Source: Squalus acanthias (Eukaryota). From it: a stretch of 64,000 nucleotides of DNA. The notes under the pieces were generated by a model. It searched no databases, was not told where the DNA came from, and saw only the letters and a program-made list of their open reading frames with translations. Location of the stretch: NCBI GenBank assembly GCA_030390025.1, contig CM059431.1:121026001-121090000 (forward strand), written 5' to 3'. Shown here piece after piece: positions 34,738 through 48,649 of this stretch (position 1 is its first letter; each line of letters begins with the position of its first letter). The position numbers and the translations under genes were made by a program.

Positions 34738-36909
34738 ACATTTTGTAACTTCCCTCCTGGGCTACCGTACAAAGAACAAAATTAATCCAGACAGAAGCAC
34801 AGCATTCTTTTACAGTTATCTTATTACTGTAGCAGAGTGAGACAAGTGATCATATTGGATGAGACAGCAGGTATTCAAGTCTGGCACAAAAACAATCCAC
34901 CTTGTTAAAATAACCAACATCTCCTGTTAAAAATAAAGAATGTTCATGAGTGTTATTTTTACTGTGGTGATAGGAGCCCTTGTGCTTTAATCTGCTGCCA
35001 GACCGCTATCCAGCATAAAACACACTGAAATGTTTATTACTACCTTCATGGCATCCACAGAATGTCACAGGAAAACCAGAAAAAAATATAAGCGCTCTAT
35101 AAAAATCAAAGAACAGCACAGAAACCGAATCTCAACATATGTATCATATTCGTATCACATTTTTGTACAGGGTATAATTGAAACCACAATTGCTGTGTTT
35201 CTGTCAGTAAATGAACTACAGCAGCATATTACTTTATACTGACCCAAAAATGATTGATGCGGGTGCTGGTTGCAGTACATCTTAGGTTAGATCTGGAATT
35301 TTGATTTAACAGCCAAAACAAGTGTGAAAAAAAAATCTTGTCAGCTGTTTTAAGTCCATTTCAAACTGCATGTGATTAGGGAGTGAGGGTGTTGGGGTGG
35401 TGCGGGGAGCGGGAGAAGGCGATGATTGCTGTATCAGGACTATAACCATTTCATTTAAACTGTGGTGAAATCTGTGCCTTTCACATCTCAATTTAATACA
35501 GCCATTATATGAAATCAAAACATTGCATCTAGCAGGGGCAAAAGTAATAGCAAGCCTAGCTTGGTTTACAATCTGATCTCCAGGTTCAGTTATAAAGTGT
35601 TCAGGCTCCACTCTCACGGTTTATGTAATCGGCTGTCGTTAAGCTACTGCCTTGTAGTTACTTCCAGCTATCCATTATTCTCCATGTATTTCAATATTTA
35701 CTAAAGTGGATGTTCCACTCCATGCTCTCGGCACAGTTCTAAGCAGCCTATTGTAAAAAAAGAAAGCAGTAGGTTTCCTTTAGTACATTTTTAATTGGTT
35801 TTCAGAGTATAAGGCACTTTATCCCCACTGGCGATATAGCCAAAATAACATAGTAGGACACAGTAGGACACTATCAGGGTGAAAAGGACATTGGGAACCC
35901 AGGTCCTACTGAACGGAATAATTGGGGTATTCATCGGTTAGACAAAGGCTTGATTTTCAAAACTGTGAGTATTTGTTGCTAAATGCTTAACTTCATTTAC
36001 TTCTCCAAATGTGCAAAAGAGCTATGTTCAGTGTTTTGTGCATTTACTTTGTAATACCACATATAGAGACTGAGTGATGAAGCACAGCATTTAAATTACC
36101 TTTGCAATGGCACATTTTTTTGCAATCAAATGCCAAGTGCGTAATTTATGCAAAACTCTTGTAGAATGAAGAGGAAAATTTAACACTTCAAAAACAGCTG
36201 CAACCCATAGCTCAAAGAGCAGTAATACTCACACAGCCTGCCCATATAGGTATGATAATGTGATTCTATTGTCACTGGGCCTGTATAACTCTATCCCTGA
36301 CATAGAGGTAGGTCAAAATGATCCACTTCTGAATGTGACTTTGCAGCACAATTTTCAATCCTACTGGCAATCTCCAAATCTAAACCACTGTATAAATAGA
36401 GCAAATTCAGAATATGAGGAACCGGATCAGATTAGAGAACCTCTTCCACTAATGGATGGATAAATCAATGCAGCCTCTTTACTTTGTGCAACCAGATAGA
36501 GAATGTTTTCTCAATGCTACATTCGAGGAGATTTGATCAACGTTATGTGATTGTTACAATTGTCCAATGGGGGGGAGGGAGGGGGTGGGGATATGTGTTC
36601 TGCTCCTCACAGAATTTACAATCTTCTGGTTTCCAGAACACAGGAACATAGGAACAGGAGGAGGCCATTCAACCCCTCGGGCCTGTTCCGCCATTTAATC
36701 TGATCTGTATCCTAATTGCATCCACCCACCTTGGTTCCACATCTTTCTATACCCTTGGCTAGCAAAAATCTATCGATCTCACAATATAAATACAGATGAT
36801 GAAGGCCACTTGGCCCATTTATCAAGAAAAAAACTGCTGTTTCTCAACTGTTAAATGACCCCTAAGTTTTGACTTCACTATTCGTTCAAAAAACTCATTT
36901 CATTGTTGG

Positions 36910-37212
36910 AACATAGAATTATACAGGACTGGAAAAGACCATTGCAATCCATCTGGTCAGTCCCAATGAATAGGAAGTATCATACCCCATGTTAGCTCTC
37001 TTACCCCTTTATGTTTTTTATTCTCCAGGCGCTTATTCATCTGTCGCTTCAATCTGCTGATACAACCAGTCTCACTGCCTCCCTTCACAGTCCGTTATAT
37101 AAAATTACCACACTCTAGTAAAATGGTTAAATCTAAGTTGTCCTTTCACCCTCCCTCTTCTAAGTTTAAGCCTATGTCCTCTTCTTGTAGAATCTGTGAC
37201 TATGTTAAAAAT
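36910..37212 (-). mobile_element. Old CR1 3' fragment; another short CR1 tail lies at ~36637-36785
   Basis: TRRGHRLKLRRGR..RFNHFTRV in ORF 37105-37314; ACATAGAA tail. Confidence 0.65.
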
Positions 37213-37215
37213 ATT

Positions 37216-38416
37216 GGGGTCAATTTTGAGTTTGGGTGACCGACTGCTGGAGCATGCCAGCTGGTTGCCCGCACTCAAAGCAGCACTGATTTTGAGCCAT
37301 GGCCTCATTAACATTGGCCCGACAAGCTGCGGGGCACCAAACGGGCGTTCTAATGCAGCTCACCGGATTGAGGCCGATGAAAATTGGGTCGTCGCAGTCG
37401 GTAGATATGTAAGTGCCAGAGAAGGGAATTGCGGAGGGAGTGGGGTTGTCCCAAGGTGGCAGCGACCCTGCTTATTTTTGTGGGGCCCAGAGGATCACTC
37501 CATGTCCTCCAGGCCTCACAGAAATAATATCAAACTAACTTTGGCTGGGCCTCTTCTGTGTCGCCCATGGAAATGAATGGAGCATGCACGGCTAACGGTC
37601 TAACCATTTCTAATCTAAAATAGCAATCGGAATCCTAGGACTCTGATTTGCATATTGAAGAGGGTCTACTGCCTGAAACAGGCAGGCACTTCTTGCACCC
37701 AGCAGTAGGTTCCTATCAAAATGCTGCCAGCTGCATTTTTGGGGTTAATGGGGAGATAAAAATATAAATATTTATAAATAGAGGCATAGAGTACAAAAGC
37801 AAGGACGTTGTGCTAAACCTTTAGGTTTCAGCTATAGTATGCTGTCTAATTCTGGGCGCCACACTTCAGGGTGGCTGTCTACGCCTTGGAGAGGGTGCAG
37901 AAGAGAATTACCAGAATTGTACCAGGGATGAGGGACTTCAGTTATGTGGAAAGACCAGAGAAGCTGGAGTTGTTCTCCTTAGAACAGTGAAGGCTAAGGG
38001 GAGATTTAATATAGGGTTTCAAAATTATGAGGGATTTTGATATAGATAGGGAAGAACTGTTTCCACTGGCAGAAGGGCCGCTAACCAGAGGACAAAGATT
38101 TAAGATATTTGTCAAAAAGACTGAGGGGAGATGAGGAGAAATATTTTTATGCAGCGAGTTGTTATTATCCGCAATGCACTGCCTGAAAGGGTGGTGGAAT
38201 GAGATTCAATAGCAACTTTCAAAAGGGAATTGGATATAGACTTGAAAGGGAAAATTTGCAGGTCTATGGGAAAAGAACAGGGGGGTAGGATTAATTGTAT
38301 ATTTCTTCAGAGCTGGCATGTGCTGTACGATTCTATGATTTTATATAAGGACTCCGACGCCGTTTTGAGGCTGGTATCACCTCATTAACAGCAGACGATA
38401 CAGGTTAAAATTGACC
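37216..38416. mobile_element. Harbinger-type MITE with a nested CR1 fragment
   Basis: Ends GGGGTCAATTTT / AAAATTGACC, with ATT on both flanks. Confidence 0.62.
37770..38340 (+). mobile_element. CR1 3' fragment
   Basis: RGIEYKSKDVVL.., LERVQKRITRIVPGMRDFSY; tail TACGATTCTATGATT. Confidence 0.8.
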
Positions 38417-38469
38417 ATTTTGATGTTTGTCTTGTCAGTGCCTTAAGATCTTGAATACTACAAGATATC

Positions 38470-39300
38470 TATACAAAATGGTTAAATTGGCAGATGGTAT
38501 CAAACTAGAAGGGCAGTGGAATCAGAGGAGGTAGCTCAGAAATTACAGAAGGAGTTGGACAAAATATGTAAGCAGACAGAACAATGGCAGATGAAATTTA
38601 ATGCTGAAAAGTGTAAAGTGCTACACAGAGGAAGGAAAAAGAAATGACTTGTGTACTTCACGAATGGTGTTGAAATAGCTAAGGAAGAAGTTGAATAGAC
38701 CCAGCAGTCTTAGTAGACTCAATGGTAAACATGTCTATTCAATGCACAGCAGCAAACAACAAAGCCAAATCATTAGAAGACAAGTCAGAGGAGGTAATGA
38801 TCAAGCTTTATAGTCCTCTAGTCAGACCACACCTGGAATAGTGCATCCAGTTCTGGTTACCAAGAATTAACAGGGACAAACAAATGCCAGAAGCAATGCA
38901 GAGAAGAGCGCTAGGCTGATCCCCACTGTCAGGGCCTGAGTTATGAGGAAAGACAGGAGAAACTTGGGCTTTTCAGCCAAGAAATGAAGTATCTGAGAGA
39001 TAATCTTATAGGGATGTAAAAGATTGTTAAGGGTCTGAAAAAATTAACCCAGAATATTACTGCAATTTAAACTGTGAATGTAGAACACAGGCTCAAACTT
39101 GTTAAAGGAATCTTTAGGATTGATATCTGGAGATTCTTCTTCATACAAAGAGTGATCAACATATGGGATAACATTTCTGATAGAGTTATGGAGGCAAAAC
39201 CCCGGAATTATTTAACAAACAACTGGATGCTATGATGTGTGGTGGCGGGGGGAGGGGTGGTGTTAAGATGAACTAAGGTGGGCTGAGTGACACCTATCTT
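38470..39300 (+). mobile_element. Decayed CR1 RT/3' fragment
   Basis: KLADGIKL, WQMKFNAEKCKVLH and LVRPHLE motifs, with stops. Confidence 0.75.
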
Positions 39301-39504
39301 AAATTTTCTTCTGATTTTATGAGATTACCCTTCAGACTTCTCTTCTCCAGTGTAAACATTAATTCTGGATCAATGATTGTAATTTGTGCTCTATTCTTCT
39401 GGCTATACAGCCCAAATATCCTATTTGTTCCCTTTATTCCTGCCATACACTGTGCTGATGGTTTCAGCAATCTATCTCACTTCAAATCCCTTCCCCATGT
39501 CATG

Positions 39505-40895
39505 CCTTATAGAATCATACCATTTAGTTTTTATTGGCATTATCTATTATTGTTTCCCAATCTCATGATCCACATTAAATGATATCTGCCACTCAACAAC
39601 CGAATTCTCCAATTTATCCAAGTCCTTTTGTATTTGATCGGCTTTCTGTTTGTGGTTTGCTGCCCCTCCCAGTTTGATATCATTTGCAAAGCTGCAGAAT
39701 TTTGTTTCTGTCTCCACTTTGAAGTCATTTATGTACAATATAAACAGCCATGGCCCCAGCACTAATCGCTCAGGCACCCTACTAGTTACCTCCTTCCATG
39801 CTGATCTAGCTGCACCTACAACCACCCTTTGGCCGCGATTTTGCCAGTGCTCAGAGGGCGGGTTTGGAGGCGGGTCATAGGTTAAAATTGTTTTGATTGA
39901 CGGCGGGTTGCAATCCTGCCGTCAAGCCGCCTCCAAACAGCTTTCCCAAGTGTCGGGTCCCCGATTTGCGAATGGGCTCGACACCTAGCGGCGGGAAGAG
40001 AATTAAAGGCAATTACCTGCCTATTAACAGGTAGTTGCCAGTAGTTGACAGCCTATTTTTGAATTTTGCCGCTTCTGGCTCGGGTTTCCCGACGTCCGGA
40101 TACCACGCCAGGTAAGTGTGGCATGTTGTGAGTCTGCTGTAATGTTTCTGGATTGATGACAGCTGCAGAAGTGATGTGAAGGATCCAATGTTGCACATGA
40201 TGAGACTCAGAGGAAAGAAAATGTTGGGTACTGCATTTTTAATACATTTACACATTTCTTTAGGTTACAAGTTTTTAAATCCATGCCCAGTGCCACCTCA
40301 TTGGGAGAACCTCTCTCACCAGTGACAGATCGCTTCTGTCACTTCACCTGCAGCTGCCATCTATTCCAGTCTATGGAGGGAGTCATTGGAGAGCCCGGGC
40401 GCAAGGGGTCACCTTTGTGCAGTGATTGTCAGTGTTTGCAGCATCTCAATGCTGTCAAACACTGAGAAATCAGCTGTCAAAATAAAATTGTGCGTGGTCC
40501 CTCTAAGAAAACCGGCAGATGACGCGTCATCAAATGACGTCATCTGACCCGCTTCCTGTTAATCGGCCGGCAAGCCCGCAGGGCGGGCTTAACAAGGTCA
40601 ATCAAGGGAAAATCACGTCTGTGGAGTGGAAGCAGCTGGGGGTGGGACTGGAAGCCGGAAACCACCTGACCCGCACCCAACCCTGCCTCCATTAATAAAA
40701 TCGTGGTCTTTGTTTCCTCCGTTTCAGCCAATTTTTGATTAATTTCAAAGGCACTCTACCTATACCTTATCTCCGACAATGTAAACCAATCTCCTATGTG
40801 GCACTTTATCAAAAGCTTTGATGAAATCGAATAAAGCAACATCCACTGATTTCTCCCTGGCAACAAAGTTTGTTATCACCTCAAAGAACTCCAAA
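39505..40895 (-). mobile_element. Decayed CR1 RT fragment split by a Harbinger derivative
   Basis: ORF 39547-39825 (VPERLVLGP..FANDIKL). The DFIKAFDKVPH motif lies beyond the insertion near 40800-40830. Confidence 0.78.
39831..40708. mobile_element. Non-autonomous Harbinger deletion derivative (878 bp)
   Basis: TIRs GGCCGCGATTTT / AAAATCGTGGTC and a TTT TSD (39828-39830, 40709-40711). The transposase 5' UTR is fused to the Myb exon 1 start near 40370. Confidence 0.87.
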
Positions 40896-41705
40896 CCCTA
40901 GATTTTGACTACTGATGGGAGTCGTGCAGGCTGTGCGAGGGCCGAGGCAGGTGGCAAATCGTCGAGACCCCACAGTGTGAGGCCCGGGATATTTTCAGTA
41001 TCCCTCATGAACCTGGAGGTCCACTCGACAATCAGACCTCCAGCTGTCCCAGAGCAATTTTATTTTATTTTTGTCCCGCTACCACCCTGTTTATGTCTAA
41101 CCTGTAGCTTTCTCTGCAGTTGCTTAGATTTCAGCCTTGCCAGGAACTAGTTAGGGGAATCCTAAACCATCTAAGGAAATTCATTTGAAAATGTCTGCTC
41201 TTATTTTCTTTGTTATCTTGAGTTTGGAGTATCTTAAATTGAATTACAGCTACAAAAAGTGCCAAGGAAAACATGAACATTTGTCTTATCATGCAGGCAT
41301 TTTATTTATTTGAAGTGTTTCATGTTCCAATACACAATGATAAGTTGTAATCCAGCAGACTGTGATGGATATTCATATGCTGCATGAGAATACCAGTGCC
41401 ATCTTGTGTTTTCTCATTTCCTACTGTTTCTGCAATAAGCTTTATTAAATCAGATCATTTTGAGACTCTGGGTCAACATTAGTGCATGGTAGCCAAAACT
41501 GTAAAACTAAATGGATGCCTTGAGAATGTGATAAGAAGCTATGTAAATACAAATTGTTTCTCTCTTTCATAGGTACAAAGCTATTCTTTCAGCCCCTTAA
41601 TTTTAAGAAGGTGTATCAACGTGTTGTGACATTTTAAAATGTGCATTCCAAAAAGAAGCAATTTTTACTTACTCATTGCATTTTATTTCCTTTATGTTTG
41701 CTCAA

Positions 41706-42715
41706 ACCTGGGAACTAAAGACCAGTAAGCTTAACGTCAGTAATTGGAAAGATACTGAAATCTATACTAAAAATGATAGAAGAGCATCTAGAGACAGAAA
41801 AGACAATAAAAATAGTCAGCATGGATTCTGAAAGGCCATGTCATGCTTAACTGATAGAATTCTTTGAAGAGGTAAAGGAAAGAGTAGACAAGGGTAATGT
41901 AGTAGATGTCATGTACATAGATTTTCAAAAGGCCTTCGATTAGGTACTACAAGGTAGGCTCATGTGGCATCAGGGGCAAATAGCTGAATGGATAGCAAAT
42001 TGGCTAACAAATAGAAAGCAGAGAATATGGGTAAAGGGTAGTTATTCAGATTGGAGGAAGGTACAAAGCAGTGTTCCACAAGGATCAGTGCTGGGACCAC
42101 TGTTATTCATAATTTACATTAATGAGTTGGACTTCAGAACAAGTCACTCAATATCAAAATTTGCAGATGGTATTGAGCAGGGGGGAGGGGTGTGGTGGGT
42201 ACAGCTGACACTGAGGAAGAATGCAACACAATACAAGAAGATATTAGAAAACTTGCAGATGGGCAGTTCAGTGGCAAATGAACTTTAACATAAATAAATG
42301 TGTGGTGATGCACTTTGGTAGGAAAAAGTAAAACATCACCTACACCTTAGAAAATAAGAAACTAAATGGGGTAGAAGAAGAAAGGTATCTAGGGTTACAG
42401 GTGAACAAATCATTAAAAGAAACATCGCAGGTCAGCAAAGCAATTAAAAATGCTAGCAAAGCACTGGGATTTATTTCTGGGGGCATACAATTCAAAAGTA
42501 GTGAAGTTATGTGAAACTTACATAGGACCCTGGTTAGGCTGCACTTAAAGTATTGTGCACAGTTTTTGTTCTCCATACTATAAAAAGGACACAGAAGCAC
42601 TGGAGAAAGTGCAAAAAGATTTATAAGGATAGTATCAGAACTGAGAGATTACAGCTATTGGGAAAGATTAAACAGGTTGGGGCTTTTTTCTTTAGAAAAG
42701 AGAAGACGTAGAGGT
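41706..42715 (+). mobile_element. Decayed CR1 RT fragment
   Basis: YIDFQKAFD; ORF 41962-42288 (VPQGSVLGPLLF..FADG). Confidence 0.85.
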
Positions 42716-42724
42716 TTAATTTCT

Positions 42725-43070
42725 AGGCCATTGTCTTCTGTCCCCACCACAAACTCTGTTCCCTAGCCACCAACTCCATCCCTCTCCCTGGCAACTGTCT
42801 GAGGCTGAACCAGACTGTTCGCAACCTTGGTGTCGTATTTGACCCTGAGTTGAGCGTCCAACCCTAAGCTCATGAATTCCCTCCCTAAACCTCTCCGCCT
42901 CTCTACCTCTCTTTCCTCCTTTAAGACACTCCTTAAAACCTAACCCATCTGCCCTAATATCCCCTTATGTAACTCGGTGTCAAATGTTGTTTGATAATGC
43001 TCCTGTGAAACGCCTTGGGATGTTTTACTATGTTAAAGGCACTATATAAATTCAAGTTGTTGCTGTTGAT
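42725..43070 (+). mobile_element. L2-type LINE 3' fragment, internally deleted
   Basis: TVRNLGVVFDPEL motif; tail GTGAAACGCCTTGGGATG..AAAGGCACTATATAAATTCAAG(TTG)n. Confidence 0.75.
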
Positions 43071-43377
43071 TGTTGCCTTACTCAAGTATCTTGTACATTT
43101 CCATCATTGCCATTGAGCTAGATAAACCATCCTCTTTTACCAGATCTACCAGATATCTCCATGCATAAACAATGGAGCAAGATATGCTTTCTGCTGACAA
43201 CACTACTATTTTAGCCTGGTAACCAAGATGGTTTGCTGTGGTGTGACAGGGACAGACAACTACTTGGAGCAACACGTTGGACCTACCTGCTTCGATGCAA
43301 ACAAAAGCTGGTACCTCTATTCTAGAGTCCATAAGCTCCTTTCTCAAGTCTATATTGACATTAGATTGAAGTTATTC

Positions 43378-44300
43378 TTTTTTTTTAATTCATTTTATGG
43401 GATGTGGGCATCGCTGGCAAGGCCAGCATTTATTGCCCATCCCTAATTGCCCTCGAGAAGGTGGTGGTGAGCCGCCTTCTTGAACCGCTGCAGTCCATGT
43501 GGTGAAGGTACTCCCACAGTGCTGTTAGGGAGGGAGTTCCAGGATTTTGACCCAGCGACGATGAAGGATTGACGATATACTTCTAAGTCAGGATGGTGTG
43601 TGACTTGGAGGGGAACTTGGAGGTGGTGGTGTTCCCATGCGCCTGCTGCCCTTGTCCTTTTAGGTGGAAGAGGTCACAAGTTTGGGAGTTGCTGCCGAAG
43701 AAGCCTTGGCAAGTTGCTGCTGTGCATCTTGTAGATGGTACACACTGCAGCCACGGTACGCTGGTGATGAATTGGGTGAATGTTTATGGTGGTGGATGGG
43801 GTGCCAATCAAGCGGGCTGCTTTGTCCTGGATGGTGTCGAGCTTCTTGAGTGTTGTTGGAGCTGCACTCATCCAGGCAAGTGGAGAGTGTTCCATCACAC
43901 TCCTTACTTGTGCCTTGTAGATGGTGGAAAGGCTTTGGGGAGTCAGGAGGTGAGACCCTCGCCACAGAATACCTAGCCTCTGACCTGCTCTTGTTGCCAC
44001 AGTATTTATGTGGCTGGTCCAGTTAAGTTTCTGGTCAATGGTGACCCCCAGGGAGTTGATGGTGGGGGATTCGGTGATGGTAATACCGTTGAATGTCAAG
44101 GGGAGGTGGTTAGACTCTCGCTTGTTGGAGATAGTCATTGCCTGGCACTTCTGTGGCACAAATGTTACCTGCCACTTATCAGCTCAAGCCTGAACGTCGT
44201 CCAGGTCTTGTTGCATGTGGGCATGGACTGTTTCATTATCTGAGGAGTTGTGAATGGCGCCGAACACTATGCAGTCATCAGCGAACATCCCCATTTCTGA
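43378..44300 (-). mobile_element. LINE family A copy
   Basis: ORF 43674-44159; T-tract at 43378. Confidence 0.9.
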
Positions 44301-45303
44301 ATTGTTTGATGGAAAGAGTGGTGACCCTAATAATATCACCATAATTTCACAATGGTTGTCCATAACAATTCACAATCATTGAAGTAGCCTGATCATCATT
44401 TCTCATCCCATTCCCTCAAACTTTCAAAATAATGCTGTGGACAATCAGAGCAATTATATTTACTGATGCAGAGGTAGTGCTCAATGCTTTTGAGGACAGT
44501 GATCTTTAACAGTGATTTTTGACTCCTAAACATACCCCAGTAGACCCAACAGGATCGTTGTATATTATCTTGGTTCAAAGAAGAAGAAAAATGTCAGAAT
44601 AATAATAATGCTAAACACAAGACGCAGAAATCAGGCACCTTGAACAGTAAAACACATAGGCATGGGCCCAACATAAAAATGAGAATGTTGGAACAGATCT
44701 CCACATTGTTGTGGCAAGTCTCCACTCAATCAAGGAGAAGCAGAGAAATTCTCTCCATAGTACACCCAAGATTTGTAAAGGTGTTCAAACTAATGAGGAT
44801 TGCGATTACTGAAAGTTTCTACAGAAATAACATTATACTTGATATCCTTGCCATCTAATATCCATAAAGTCTTTCTAAATTAATATCATTGACCTTAAGT
44901 AATGAGGTAAGGACATGTCATTATCAATTAACATATAATAATTTAATTAGGACACAGTTTGAAATTGATCTTTACCTTTTTGAATAATTAACAACTGTAG
45001 CTTTTAAGAAGTACAAGTAAAGGTATAATTATTCATGCTTCATTATAGAATTACTCACAGTCACACTATAATAGGCGCTTGACTTCCATACTCAACACAA
45101 GATTATGCCACATAGTAATAACCTTCTACGTATGTGGGTATAAAATGCTTCTCCCATTTCATTCTCTCTGTAGAAGCTTTAAAACCATTCAGATAAATCA
45201 TTGGCAGAGGAAACAGAAATCCCACGTTTGGCAGGTAATTCATTAATCTATATGAACATCTATCAGTTAAAAAGAATTGATCTTTCATCAGAACTGAAAT
45301 GCT

Positions 45304-46072
45304 GGGACAATTTTAGCACCATAAAATGGGTGGGTTTGGGTCGGGTGGGATGTTAAAATTTTAAAAATCTCAAACCCAACCCCAACACGCCTCCATCCTG
45401 CCCACTTTCGGTTTTAACGGAGGTGGGATGGGGGGAGGGGCGTGTTGGTGGCGGGTTGGCCATTTAAATATTATAATGAATTTGTGTGCCTCAAATTTAA
45501 CCTGTCTTCCAGATTTAACCGTGTCCGGCCAGGTTTTCCAGGCCTCCAGAAACCCGGCAGCCAAAGGGAGGGGAGGATAGCTTTAAGGAAGAGGTCAGTG
45601 CCTTTCTAGCACTGTTAGTGGGCAAAGAGGAGCGGCACTGCTGCCTCCCAGCCCACCAAGCTAACAATCTTCCCTGCCCGCCATCGGACGCTCCCCCCCA
45701 CCCTTCGATCCAAAGACACCCCCGGGATCAGACCCCATGGATCGAGGATTGGACCCCCCCACCTGGGATGGCACCCCCCCCCCCCCCCAACCAGGATCAG
45801 ACACCCCAGGGATCAGAACCCCCAGGTTCGGAATCCCCAGGATCGGGGATCAGAATCCCCCAGGATCAATGACCAACCCTCTCCTCCGTGATCAGACCAC
45901 CCCCTCTCCCTCCCCATGCTCCCGCTAACCCAGCTGCAGGCTCCCTTCGGGATCCTGGCCTGCGGCCGCTCTGAATCATTTAATGCCTGCTTGAAAAAAA
46001 AACACATTCTGTGGAGTCAAAACCCAATCCCGGCCAAAACCCTTCCCCCCGCTCCCAGTAAATATCGGGGCC
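45304..46072. mobile_element. Harbinger-type MITE (family A) with internal ~15-bp GGATC..CCCC repeats
   Basis: Subterminal block as at 12042 and 30242; right end AAATATCGGGGCC. Confidence 0.6.
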
Positions 46073-46119
46073 TATAACTCTGTTTCTCTCTCCACAAATG
46101 CTTCCTGACCTGCACTATT

Positions 46120-46358
46120 TCGAAGCAGAGCAGGGGAGTTCTCCCCAATGTCCTGGCCAATATTTGTCCCTCAACCAACACCACTAAAACAGATTATCTG
46201 TTCGTTATTACATTGCTGTTTGTGGGAATATGCTGCGTGCAGATTGGGTGCCGCCCTTCCTACATTATAATAGTGACTACACTTCAAAAAAGTGCTGAAT
46301 TGGCTTTGGGATGTCCTGAGGTCATGAAAGGAGCTATATAAATGCAAGCTCTTTCTTT
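46120..46358 (+). mobile_element. DeuSINE (SacSINE1-like) fragment with Deu domain and tail
   Basis: GAGCAGGGGAGTTCTCCCCAATGTCCTGGCCAATATTT..CATTGCTGTTTGTGGGA..GCTATATAAATGCAAG. Confidence 0.78.
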
Positions 46359-46360
46359 AA

Positions 46361-46543
46361 GGGGTAAATTTCGCAAGACCTCGTGCTACCAATAGGGCTT
46401 TGCACGCAGCGGGTGGGGATTGCAAAATTGCATCGATTTTCTGTCCATTGAAATCAATGGATGGAAAACTGTGGTCAGATTGCAATCTCTGCCTCCTGTA
46501 TCCGAGGGCCCTCCAGCATGAAGCAGACTTGCAAAATATCCCT
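46361..46543. mobile_element. Palindromic Harbinger MITE (183 bp) with central CCATTGAAATCAATGG
   Basis: Ends GGGGTAAATTTCGCAAG / CTTGCAAAATATCCCT; TAA TSD (46358-46360, 46544-46546). Confidence 0.78.
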
Positions 46544-47054
46544 TAAACGTGAACTATTCATATGTCAGGTCTGACACAATCAATTTTGAAGTCACTGATA
46601 ATAATAACTTCAAATTTAAAATCCAGATTTGTCTAGAGAATTTTAGACAAAGCGTCAAAGTCATTATTAAGATTCAGTGGAGTGTGCACACAGGCAAGCA
46701 CAGCAGAAATGTCTTTTGAAGATAAAGTAAAACCAATAATATTTGAAATTAGTGGGAGGTAAAGGAAGAGGAATATGGATAAGATTGTCAGAGACGCAGT
46801 GCAGAAATACTCATATGCACTGTGGTGACATATCTAGGAGTCAAGGGCAGAAACATTACTGTAGAAGGATGTGTCTGGTTAACTCAGATGTGCAGATTTA
46901 AAATAAACCTAAAAGATTAATCTCATTAATTTGTTAAACACTGTTCTAAAACATATTTACCAAGTATGTGACATTATTAATTCAGGAAAATGAGATTTGA
47001 TTCATTATTATGAGGAAGAATAACACCATTAAAACATTATGTACCCTGGTCCAA

Positions 47055-47640
47055 CTCATAGCCCTCACTGTGTTGCACTTAAAATCCTGGTGTGCAGATT
47101 CTGGGGATTGTGTATCATGAGCCATAATTGCAACACATAGCTCATATTTTCCAGCATAGAATCAAAGAAATTACAGCACAGAAGGAGGCTATCTGGCCCG
47201 TTATGTTTGTGGTGGGGCTAGCTCTTCAACTGGAGCAGTCTGGCAAGCCAGCCATTGAGCTTTCCCTCGCCATGGCAGAAATTGGCATTCACATCGGATG
47301 TGTGAATCATGGAGTTGGTGGAAGTCCTCCTGTCTGAGGATTGCAAGTGCTGCTTTATGTCAAAGTTAATATACTGGTGAGCATGGTCAAATCGTGCATC
47401 AGTCATTTGTTGTATAGCCGTGTGGACAGAATGGCAGCTCACACTGTGATGTCGCCTGTTGAGCCTAGAAGCTACCAGTGGCATCGAAAGTGGGAGCTAT
47501 AATTACCTTAATTGCCACAGGAATAGCAGTACTGACTGCACGCAGGTCAGGAGTTGGAACAAGTTGGTAATCACCTCCATGCACGGCCTTATCTTTTGCG
47601 TGCAGTTGTTCTCTGTCAAGGACAGGTAGCTGTTTCTTGA
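47055..47640 (-). pseudogene. Old HARBI1-like transposase relic with a short CR1 tail inserted near 47156
   Basis: AIPVAIKV..FDATGSF, SVHTAIQQMTDARF..YINF and LLENMSYVLQLWLM correspond to the LPVAVKV..GSF, helical and LGDxxY..WLM regions. Confidence 0.7.
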
Positions 47641-47896
47641 ACCACCAACCAGAAATGAATTTTTCATTGCAGTCTTTGCTGGCTTGACAATTTGCAGATC
47701 TAGCCAATTGCTCAGAATCTATAAGCAAAGCATGTGTTACGAATGCATTCAATTAATTAAAGAAAAGGAATAGAGTGTGGGTGTTATTACAAACTGTTCA
47801 CTGAAAGTATCCAGTCAATGTGAAGGTGTTGCTAACGAGGCCAGTCAATTACTAAAATACATCACAAGGGCTTTGGATTGGAAGTTGAAACAGGTT

Positions 47897-48420
47897 GGGG
47901 CGGATTGTAACTTGAAGCAGGTTTCTGGTGGAAAAGCGCACTGCCGAGTTTATTTCCTGCCCAGCAAAAGCAGCAGGAGGCCATGGCGGTTTTAACTGCT
48001 GGATCTCATTTAAATGCCACAGGTCCACTTCCCTCCTGGAACGGGCATGAAGTGGGTGCAGCGCGGCTGCCGACAGGTGAAGATTGGGTGGCCCTTGGCC
48101 GCCCACCAGCTTCTAGGTTAATGGTGGGGAGGGGCTTTCAGAAGGGTCTCACGGAATGGAAGGAGGGGGTTCCGAGGCAGGGAAGCTGTGACGTTCCTTG
48201 TGGGGCCCAGAGGCTGCTTCCCCACTCAGGCTCCAGTTTAAACTGCAGCGGGTACGATTGATGTAATAGGACCCGATATGCGTAAATTTATGAGGTTTCA
48301 GCCTCTTCTTCCGGCAAAATCCTGCAGGTTAATATCAGAAATAATTGAGATCTGAGCGGGTAAGTAACCTGCTAATTTTTAACTGCCCACCACTGGGCAG
48401 GTCAGGTTAAAATCGGCCCC
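47897..48420. mobile_element. Harbinger-type MITE (524 bp)
   Basis: TIRs GGGGCGGATTGTAAC / GTTAAAATCGGCCCC (13/15); flanks GTT/TTT. Confidence 0.72.
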
Positions 48421-48649
48421 TTTAATCCGGAATAAATTTCTAGGTAACGCATATTTTGAGCATGTTTGGTCATTTTGAAATTACAATTAAAAGGACACTA
48501 ATGCACTGGTGAGAGTTTAGAGGTGAGCAATGAGAATTTAACCATGATTTAGGACTCTGCATTTTGAAGAAAACTTACAGAACTGGTTTTCATTTGAGTA
48601 AAGATGATTCACAACGGACCCGGACCCAGTCTGAGACTTTTATGAGAGA

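Noticed and set aside
43078..43347. 89-aa ORF as a host exon
   Set aside because: The opposite strand shows MLSADNTTIL, resembling a decayed RT FADD motif, so it is more likely a LINE remnant.
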